From: a virus
Virus record (IMG/VR): IMGVR_UViG_3300023440_000003
Location: 1-64,000 of that record
Length of the DNA: 64,000 bases
Direction: 5' to 3' (one strand)
Shown here piece after piece: positions 56,442-64,000 of this stretch (positions are counted from its first letter, which is position 1; each line of letters begins with the position of its first letter). The translations under genes were made by a program, and so were the position numbers. The notes beneath the pieces were generated by a model, which searched no databases, had not been told where the DNA came from, and worked only from the letters and a program-made list of their open reading frames with translations.

Positions 56442-58399
56442 AAGGCAAATTTTAATTCTTTTACATAAGACAGGAATTTATCGAACTCATCTATTAAAAT
56501 TTTAAGTTCATCTTCTGGGTAATCTATACCGCCTAATCTTGCCATTAACAAATATTTGGCCAGAATGCTTTCAGCTTCTTCTAGAATAGGTAAACCCTCG
56601 ATCAAATATGCCATATTTTCAGGAGCTGCAAGAGACAAACTAAAAATAGAATCCAGAGTAGTTGCATCGTTTAATTCTATTGCGATTTTTATGATCTGCC
56701 ATGGCATTATTAAGTTATTGAATTTATCAAGTAATTCTCTGCCTTTATAAGATGCTTTTTTCAACATTTCGTTTATGGAACTTGATGGCAGATAGAAATC
56801 ATTAATGTATACTTCACTATGCTGCATAGCCAGTTTAAGCAGATTTCCTGCATCACTAGGTTTATATCTGTGAGAAAGTATAAAAGTCGCTTCATCCCAG
56901 GTTAAGTTTTTAAGGTCAAATGTTATCGTATCGTAATATATTGATGCTCCTTTTATGATTCTATCTAAGTAAGGTCCTTCTATACTGAAAGTTTTACTTT
57001 GTCTGTCATAACGTATGATACAGGTAGAAAGGTCTTTATTAATATCATGCTTGGCTTGCTTGAGTATGTTTGCATTGCATTTTATTACTTCTGTTTTTTT
57101 AGTCACCTCTATTAACTTAACAGATTTGCCAGGTAATCTTATATTTGATTCATCATCGCTTATCATTACCATTGCATGATCTGAAGAATTATTTATAACA
57201 ACTTTATATTTCTTATCGAGTCCATCGAAAATGATAGTATAACCATGTCGTTTATCTATTTCTTTGGTAACTACTTGCCAGGGACCAAATGCATATTTAT
57301 CATCTATCACAATAAAGTAGTATCTTCCTGGTAAAGCAATAGGATGCTCTTTTAAATGTACGTTCTTTTTTAATTTAGTTATTGCTGCAAAAGGTTCATC
57401 AAAACTTACATCAAACCATTTATCACTTATAAAAATGTATCCTTTATCTATCGTTTTATCGTCTTTTATATCTTTCCATTGAAATACTTTGCCTTCTAAT
57501 TTGAGTTTTCTTTCTGGCGAATATGTAATAATACTATCGCCGGCTTTTGCAGTTATGAAATCAATACTGGCTATTTTTACAGGATATGTTTTACCAAAAT
57601 TTAATGTGACCGTTTGATGTGCTGCAATGAACTCTATGAATTTTTTACTGTCTATATTATATTTTTCTGCTATTTTATGTAGTGTTGTATAGTCTCCTTT
57701 TATTTTTATAGGGTTCCATATTTTCTGACTATTCATTATGATTGTAAATTTTCCTGGAACTTCTGCATCTTTGCGTATTTGTATTACTGGTCTATCAATA
57801 CTATCCTCAAAAACTTCGGTCAGCTTATTTATATCCGGAAAGACTCTACTTTGAAGCACATCCAGTATTTCATTGAAATGTGGGTACTTAACTCTTAACT
57901 TATCTACTTCTCTTTTATGCTGATTTAGTATGTTGGCTAATTTAAGAAGTTTCGTTCTATTCGTTAATGAAGAGACTTTCTCAAGCAAAGCTCTGGAACC
58001 AGACTGTGGAGCCAATGCTCCCCCGCCTATATCAGGTTGTTTTGGAATTCCAGCCGTTCCTGCAAATAATTTGTTTCCTTGTAAGGCATCATATAGTTTT
58101 CGTGGATTGGCATAAGTAAGTTTTTTATCAACTATCATAAGATCTATTGGTAAGAGTTTTCTGTTTCTTATAATTACCGGAAGATCCACACGTGCATCTT
58201 CTGAATATATGGTTACATATCCTATAGCATTATTTTCATCCGCCTTAATAAAAATAACGTCCATTATATATGGTGCAGTTTCTGGATATTTTTCCGTTAC
58301 AGTTTGTATTACAATACCAGTCCACTGTGATGGATCTGGAGGAAGACTAATTTCCTCACTGTTACTACGGAGCACGTTTGTAATAGGGTTCACTGCCAT
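56432..58399 (-). CDS. large KxA-rich putative head/internal virion protein
   Basis: LLKLA x2, LHKIA, PVKIAS, ILKQA, IIKGAS, IIKIA; extended -10 just upstream. Confidence 0.6.
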   Translation of the reverse strand: MAVNPITNVLRSNSEEISLPPDPSQWTGIVIQTVTEKYPETAPYIMDVIFIKADENNAIGYVTIYSEDARVDLPVIIRNRKLLPIDLMIVDKKLTYANPRKLYDALQGNKLFAGTAGIPKQPDIGGGALAPQSGSRALLEKVSSLTNRTKLLKLANILNQHKREVDKLRVKYPHFNEILDVLQSRVFPDINKLTEVFEDSIDRPVIQIRKDAEVPGKFTIIMNSQKIWNPIKIKGDYTTLHKIAEKYNIDSKKFIEFIAAHQTVTLNFGKTYPVKIASIDFITAKAGDSIITYSPERKLKLEGKVFQWKDIKDDKTIDKGYIFISDKWFDVSFDEPFAAITKLKKNVHLKEHPIALPGRYYFIVIDDKYAFGPWQVVTKEIDKRHGYTIIFDGLDKKYKVVINNSSDHAMVMISDDESNIRLPGKSVKLIEVTKKTEVIKCNANILKQAKHDINKDLSTCIIRYDRQSKTFSIEGPYLDRIIKGASIYYDTITFDLKNLTWDEATFILSHRYKPSDAGNLLKLAMQHSEVYINDFYLPSSSINEMLKKASYKGRELLDKFNNLIMPWQIIKIAIELNDATTLDSIFSLSLAAPENMAYLIEGLPILEEAESILAKYLLMARLGGIDYPEDELKILIDEFDKFLSYVKELKFAFQG

Positions 58400-58439
58400 T
58401 TGTCTAAAAGTATATCACAGAGATTAATTAACTTCCAAT

Positions 58440-59126
58440 TTAAGGATAGATTACAGGACCCTTGCATGTAGAACTACTTGTAGCTGATGTAGTGGTTCCT
58501 GTTACTGTCATATAAGCTTCACTGCCTGATATTATAGCTTCATAAATATTTATTATTTCAGTCACAAGAGTTTGCATAAATTTGGGCAATTCTCCTGTGG
58601 GATTACCTGTGCTATCATATTTTGTAAATCCCAGACTTATGAAATAAGATATAATCGCATTTTCCAGCGATGATCTATTCTGTAATGACAAGTCAGCATA
58701 TGCAGATCCAGATGTGGTGGGTGTCGTCTCTAGATTTGTGATATCTAGAGTATTGATCTGATTAAGGAATTGTCTAAATGCATTTACGAATATATTTAGA
58801 AAATCATCTCCAAAACCTTGTTGTATGTTTAATGCAGCCTTTGCATTATTGATTGCAGTAGCTACTGCTGGATGATTACTATCAGGTATTATTGAAAACA
58901 TTAACGTTATCGAGGTTACGTTAGTTATTATTGGGCCTGCGATTATAGCTGTCGCAGTTATTGAAGTATAATCGTAAAACAGATCTCCCATAGCCTTTGC
59001 TATTATTTCATCGAACCTTTCATTTATATTTGGTATTAATGGTTTATTACTAACGATGTCTGGATATGTATTTTGATACTCTGTGAGTATCAGATTACCT
59101 AATTTTTTATCTATACTAATTGACAT
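58440..59126 (-). CDS. putative virion protein
   Basis: 228 aa, T/S/I/A-rich; start uncertain. Confidence 0.5.
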   Translation of the reverse strand: MSISIDKKLGNLILTEYQNTYPDIVSNKPLIPNINERFDEIIAKAMGDLFYDYTSITATAIIAGPIITNVTSITLMFSIIPDSNHPAVATAINNAKAALNIQQGFGDDFLNIFVNAFRQFLNQINTLDITNLETTPTTSGSAYADLSLQNRSSLENAIISYFISLGFTKYDSTGNPTGELPKFMQTLVTEIINIYEAIISGSEAYMTVTGTTTSATSSSTCKGPVIYP

Positions 59127-59980
59127 TGAATTGCCTCAATGATAAAGTAGAATACGTGATTAGATTACCTTGCATACGTTTCATAGCGGCTTCATTAATT
59201 TTATTTGATGATATAGAACAATGTAAAGAGTTTCTTGTACAGAATTACGTTCCTTTACCTCCGGATGATAAATTACAAAAATTGAATGAAGTAGTGAAAG
59301 GCTCTTCAAAACGATTGACAAAGACTCAAAAAATAAAACTTCTGAAAGAAAAGAAAATGCCAGAATTTGCAAGGTATTTTATAAAGGGTGAAATAGACAT
59401 GGAGCCTGATTTTGATGAGCTCTTACACGTGCAGCAAAGTTTTAATATAAGAATACCACTTCAAGCTTTTTTGATGACCAAAGACCCTGACATGTTGAAA
59501 TTAAGTCCTTTTGAGGTTTCTGAAAAAACACGTGAACTTTATAAATTCTATTTATTTGACATAGAAAAGATGAGATTAAAAGACTGGATAGTTTATCTTA
59601 AGTTACTGTATGAATTATTTCCTACGGATGCCAAATTGCTACTTATGCTTAAGAAAGGAGAAACTTTCTTATTTAAAAGGCACTTCAAACACTATTTGAA
59701 GATAAGTATGGATGATGTAAATATGGAGCTTAATAGTACTGCTGTTACAGTATTTCGCTTGTTAAGTGAACAGATTATTAAACAGGATGAATATGGAAAT
59801 TTATACCTTGAAATGAAGCCAGAAGTTTTTAGGGAGGCTAGATTATGGGCTAATTTACTTATTAATTCTATGAAGGTATTCAGAGAACAACTGACAGGAG
59901 AACAGATACCAGAAAAAGTGGAATTAGTGCCACATGAATATGATATACCCACATTAAAAAGATTAATAGATGGGAAGTAA
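59120..59980 (+). CDS. hypothetical protein upstream of TerL (terminase small subunit candidate by position)
   Basis: Helical; overlaps the TerL start; own start uncertain. Confidence 0.45.
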   Translation: MTLNCLNDKVEYVIRLPCIRFIAASLILFDDIEQCKEFLVQNYVPLPPDDKLQKLNEVVKGSSKRLTKTQKIKLLKEKKMPEFARYFIKGEIDMEPDFDELLHVQQSFNIRIPLQAFLMTKDPDMLKLSPFEVSEKTRELYKFYLFDIEKMRLKDWIVYLKLLYELFPTDAKLLLMLKKGETFLFKRHFKHYLKISMDDVNMELNSTAVTVFRLLSEQIIKQDEYGNLYLEMKPEVFREARLWANLLINSMKVFREQLTGEQIPEKVELVPHEYDIPTLKRLIDGK

Positions 59981-61505
59981 CAAACCAGTACAGCTTCGCA
60001 GAAGCGATCTTGTTGCAAGTCTTATATATATCGGAGGAAAGCCTTTTGATTTTAAAAATAGAGAATATTTAATACCTATTTATGATACATTTAGGCCGGT
60101 TGTATTAAAAGGTGGTAGACAGATTGAAAAAAGTACTTTGCTTGCTGTGATTATGATTATTGACGGAATAAGTCATGATTTTTTCAATTCGTTATATGTG
60201 AGTTATACTCAAAAACAGGTATCATTTTTTTCTAATTTACGTTTCGATCCTATAGCGTCATACTCTCCTTACATAAAATCTCATTTCTATACCGGCTCAA
60301 ATCTAATAAAAAGGGTTGGTGATAAAACTTTTCGCAATGGTTCTGCGTTCTTTTTTAGATCAATGTATTCACATCATACAGCAGAATCTATAAGAGGATT
60401 AAGCGCTGATAGAATATGTTTCGATGAGGTTCAAAGTCTCGATCCTAGAGGAATGTCTATAGTGGAGGAATGTATGTCCCACTCACCGTATAAATATGTA
60501 ATATATGCAGGTACAGCAAAATCTCCTCAGAATGAAATAGAACGTATGTGGAATATGTCGACTCAGATTGAGTATATGATCAAATGTGAAGCATGCAACC
60601 ACTGGAATTATCAGGATGAGAAAATAATAGGCAAAAACAGTTATATATGCAGTAGATGTGGAAAGCCTATAGATATGAGAAATGGTACTCTTGTTATGAT
60701 GGGAGATAAATATGCGCCATACTTTGGAATGCGTATCACTCAGATGCAGGCTCCTTTTGTAAGTTTTGATGAAATAAAACTTAAATATGAACGTATGCCA
60801 TTATATCTGTTCTATAATGAAGTCCTGGGTCTTCCTTATGAATTTGCAGAACGCCCCATCAGTTTAAGAGAACTGCAGGCTTGTTGTGTTGATAGAGATT
60901 TCATAGAGTCTTCTACTCTTGTAGGTAGAACTGTAGCTGCGGGAATAGATTGGGGAGGCGGTACCAGATCTTTTACTGAGGTGGTTATAGGAGAATTTAT
61001 AAATGGTAAGTACAAAGTCTATTATGTGCATAGATTAAAAGTAGCAGATCCTATTGAGCAGGTGGATTTTCTATCTAGATTGCTGAAGACTTATAAAGTC
61101 AGAATTGCCGTATGTGATATGGGTTTTGGTGACATGAAAGTACAGGAGCTTAGAGCTCTAACTGGCATTCCAGTTATTGGTTGTTATTATTCATCTACTA
61201 AAGTCAGAAGCATTATATATAAAGAAAAAGAAAATATGATCCATGTAAATAGAACCTGGGCCTTAAGTGAAGTATTTCGTCTTTTGAAACGTAGAAGGTT
61301 TGAATTTCCCAGATATTCTATAATGGCAGAATTTTTTGAAGAAATCCTGAACGTAACAACTGAGGTACATCAAGTTCAGGGGCAAGATACAATTATGTAT
61401 ATTCACGATGCCGAACATCCAGATGATTTTCTTCATGCGCTGAATTATTTTAAAATAGCCTGCGATTATAAAAAATTCGTTGACAATCTTAACATAGTGG
61501 TTTAG
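59970..61505 (+). CDS. terL: terminase large subunit (lambda GpA-like)
   Basis: VLKGGRQIEKST Walker A, ICFDEVQ Walker B, AGT, CEAC/CSRC Zn finger, GIDWG and PDDFLHA nuclease motifs. Confidence 0.88.
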   Translation: MGSNKPVQLRRSDLVASLIYIGGKPFDFKNREYLIPIYDTFRPVVLKGGRQIEKSTLLAVIMIIDGISHDFFNSLYVSYTQKQVSFFSNLRFDPIASYSPYIKSHFYTGSNLIKRVGDKTFRNGSAFFFRSMYSHHTAESIRGLSADRICFDEVQSLDPRGMSIVEECMSHSPYKYVIYAGTAKSPQNEIERMWNMSTQIEYMIKCEACNHWNYQDEKIIGKNSYICSRCGKPIDMRNGTLVMMGDKYAPYFGMRITQMQAPFVSFDEIKLKYERMPLYLFYNEVLGLPYEFAERPISLRELQACCVDRDFIESSTLVGRTVAAGIDWGGGTRSFTEVVIGEFINGKYKVYYVHRLKVADPIEQVDFLSRLLKTYKVRIAVCDMGFGDMKVQELRALTGIPVIGCYYSSTKVRSIIYKEKENMIHVNRTWALSEVFRLLKRRRFEFPRYSIMAEFFEEILNVTTEVHQVQGQDTIMYIHDAEHPDDFLHALNYFKIACDYKKFVDNLNIVV

Positions 61506-61547
61506 TTTGGGTATTGAACATATGAATATGCTAAAATTGACTTGACT

Positions 61548-62576
61548 ATGGAAATAGTTAAGAAAGCCATAGATCTGTATTATAGTGAAAAACTAGATCC
61601 TCATGCTGTATTAGCCGCCTGGGTTTTACGTGATAGACCTCCCAGAGCTGTTATAGAAAAAGCTGCTAAGGAAATAAATCAAGCTCTTTATACTGAGGAA
61701 GTCCTGAGAAGAGGTAATCTGGATGTAAATATTCCTTTGATAAATATAGACAAAGTAATGAAACTTATTGAATCTTACGAAAATAGTAACCCCAGATCTG
61801 AACCTCTTCCAGAAATAGATTTAGTATCTACTCCTTCCGCTATAGGAGAACTTGTTTCTAACGGTCGTATGGAATTATGGTTAAACGATATGTTAAAGCA
61901 AGCAGATGATCGTCCTAAAAGTTCTCCAGAAGCTTTGAGAGAAAAAGTTATTAATTTGTTGAAAACCACGTATACAGAAGAGTATAGGAAAATTAAAGAT
62001 CACTTAGTTAATACTATTCTTGATCTTGAAGATTTTACTGAAAAAGTAGCATCTGCTATGGTCAATGATACTGTATATTTAAATGTAGCTCCTCAGTCCT
62101 TTTTTCCTATTCTGGATCACTATATAAAAAATCCTGGAATTAAGAGTCTGATATTGCAAAAATATAATGAAGGCTTATCTAAGCATGCTTCTATTGATTC
62201 TTCTGAAATGATAAGTGGTGATAGAGTCATTGATGTTATTGATAAAATGAGCACTATTTACTATTTAAAATCCGACAACAGAACTAGACATCTCGATCAC
62301 ACTACAATATCTATTCCAGTTTTATACACTTTATTTTCTGAAATGGGATGTGAAGATATGTTGGACACCTCAGAAATAAAGCCAATAAAAAAAGAAAAAT
62401 CGGACGAAATAGAACTTGAAGTAAAAATACCTATTCCTAAAAGCCCGGGTGATCTAATTAATTATCTGTTAAGTTTCGACGTAGCGGAGTCTATTGATTA
62501 CAAACCTATTCTTCAGTCCATTATTGATCTGGCCAAACTCAAAATGCTATTGGGGGTGTTAGATGAATCGGAATGA
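61548..62576 (+). CDS. KxA-motif putative head protein
   Basis: IEKAA, MLKQA, TEKVAS, LSKHAS; lies between TerL and protease. Confidence 0.6.
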   Translation: MEIVKKAIDLYYSEKLDPHAVLAAWVLRDRPPRAVIEKAAKEINQALYTEEVLRRGNLDVNIPLINIDKVMKLIESYENSNPRSEPLPEIDLVSTPSAIGELVSNGRMELWLNDMLKQADDRPKSSPEALREKVINLLKTTYTEEYRKIKDHLVNTILDLEDFTEKVASAMVNDTVYLNVAPQSFFPILDHYIKNPGIKSLILQKYNEGLSKHASIDSSEMISGDRVIDVIDKMSTIYYLKSDNRTRHLDHTTISIPVLYTLFSEMGCEDMLDTSEIKPIKKEKSDEIELEVKIPIPKSPGDLINYLLSFDVAESIDYKPILQSIIDLAKLKMLLGVLDESE

Positions 62577-63021
62577 AATAGTATATGCTATGCTTTACAA
62601 AACTGCAGCTGGAGGGTCAATAGAACCGTTAGGAGTGCGCCACAGACTAAGAAGAATTGTAAGATTATTAACACCTCCTATGGTAGGCTTAGGAATACTT
62701 CACATGTACCACACTGTTAGATCATGGATCGATAAACGCCATTTTGAAAAAGTACTTGAAGAAGTCATGAAAGAACCATCAATAGCAAGATATCCAAAAG
62801 AACAAGTGCGTAGATATGCTGAAACTTTTTATGAACTCAATCCGGATCTTGCTACAAAAGCTGAAGTCTTAAAAACTTTTCTACGGTCTGCCTTAGCGAT
62901 GCAAGGTATAGATCCGGGTTTTGCTAGTAAAGTTGTGCAGAGAACTAAACCACCTATTGATATCAGTGTGCCTTTAGGTCCTATTATAGCTCAAAAACTT
63001 TTTGGGTCTATGGGATCATGA
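62563..63021 (+). CDS. KxA-motif protein
   Basis: MLYKTAA leader; hydrophobic segment. Confidence 0.65.
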   Translation: MNRNEIVYAMLYKTAAGGSIEPLGVRHRLRRIVRLLTPPMVGLGILHMYHTVRSWIDKRHFEKVLEEVMKEPSIARYPKEQVRRYAETFYELNPDLATKAEVLKTFLRSALAMQGIDPGFASKVVQRTKPPIDISVPLGPIIAQKLFGSMGS

Positions 63022-64000
63022 TTAAGTATTTTTCAGATAGTATGATTCTTGCTTATGTAGATTTAAAAAAAGACATACTCCATAAAATTGCATCAAGTCC
63101 AGATCTTGAAAAAATCGCTGAAGAATCATTACGCAAAAAACCTTTAGAACCTGGGTATCGTAGAATTCTAATAAATGCACTAGGCGCTGGAGAATACTGG
63201 GGATTTAACAAGAGAGGTGATTATTTTCCTGAGAATGAACTGAATCCCTCAGAATATAGATTTGGCATCCCATATGGATATCAAACTTATGAAACTCATG
63301 GGAAAGTCTATTTACATCATAAAAAAGACAATCCTGAATTTTGCATTGGTAAAGTTGCAATGGCCTATTGGCATGATGGTTTAAAAAGAGTGTTTGTGTT
63401 AGGAGATGTACTGGAAAAGAAAGCTGCAAATTACTTAGAACACTTAAGATCTGGAAATCCAGTTCCCACATCAATGGGTGCAGCTGTGTTATTTGACGCT
63501 TGTAGTATATGTGCACCTGATTATGAATACTTAACTCAGTTTCATCCTGATGAAGTAAAGTTATTAATTAAACAAGGACAACTTCCTGGAGTACGCACTA
63601 AGCCCTCAGAAAGTCCATGTATACATGTACCCCACAGAGTTAGTACATATTATCCAGAATTAGACAAGTATGCCTATATGGTAAATTATTATCCCGTATT
63701 TATAGATATTTCTATTGTAGATAGGCCAGCAGATTCAATATCTGCAGCACTTAAAAAAATTGCGTCAATTGATGAAAGTTTGATTTTTAATACAAGCAAT
63801 CTGGCTAGAACTAAAACATTTATACATGAACAGTTATTACCTCAGTCAGTAGACAGCAAAGATATACTGCTTTTGGTCAAACTTGCTAATTTCTTAGGTC
63901 CCAAGAATACACTAAATTACCTCAGCAAATTACGCATTCCCTTAACTAAAGCTGAATTTGAAGCTATTAAACAAACTAAAATCGTCAAAACGGCTAATTT
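63018..64000 (+). CDS. HK97/assemblin-fold prohead protease (3'-truncated)
   Basis: Open frame to window end, not in the track: NKRGDYF, VYLHH, TSMG, CSIC, FIDISIVDRPAD; flanked by HKIAS, LEKIA and LKKIAS, LVKLA, IVKTA. Confidence 0.75.
   Translation, partial: MIKYFSDSMILAYVDLKKDILHKIASSPDLEKIAEESLRKKPLEPGYRRILINALGAGEYWGFNKRGDYFPENELNPSEYRFGIPYGYQTYETHGKVYLHHKKDNPEFCIGKVAMAYWHDGLKRVFVLGDVLEKKAANYLEHLRSGNPVPTSMGAAVLFDACSICAPDYEYLTQFHPDEVKLLIKQGQLPGVRTKPSESPCIHVPHRVSTYYPELDKYAYMVNYYPVFIDISIVDRPADSISAALKKIASIDESLIFNTSNLARTKTFIHEQLLPQSVDSKDILLLVKLANFLGPKNTLNYLSKLRIPLTKAEFEAIKQTKIVKTAN

Noticed and set aside
63205-63516. Minus-strand 103-aa ORF
   Set aside because: Shadow of the plus-strand protease frame that runs off the window end.
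1-64000. Alternative genetic code or bacterial chromosome origin
   Set aside because: Code 11 gives dense full-length ORFs. The RNAP lacks ribosomal-operon context and sits among virion genes.

Overview
AT-rich, densely coding 64-kb segment of a large tailed bacteriophage, probably with a contractile tail. It carries portal, terminase large subunit, a partial HK97-type prohead protease, tape-measure-like, baseplate spike, tail/receptor proteins and an amidase endolysin. It also encodes a single-ORF fused beta-beta' multisubunit RNA polymerase with an intein, an intein-containing three-domain LigD, a stand-alone YADD reverse transcriptase, SNF2 helicase, RuvC, a MoxR/VWA pair and glycan-modifying enzymes. 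Main points of interest: (1) the RNAP intein sits inside the catalytic DxDGD motif, and canonical splicing would leave DYDGN while the missing Asp is at the intein C-terminus, suggesting non-canonical splicing or maturation; (2) a hydrophobic-x-K-x-A motif recurs in about 15 proteins, including the protease and LigD, and probably marks head-packaged, protease-processed cargo; (3) an unclassified ~260-nt GC-rich structured RNA follows the endolysin; (4) the RT has no adjacent ncRNA. No tRNA, rRNA, CRISPR array or major capsid gene was recognised. All calls come from reading motifs by eye; no searches were run.
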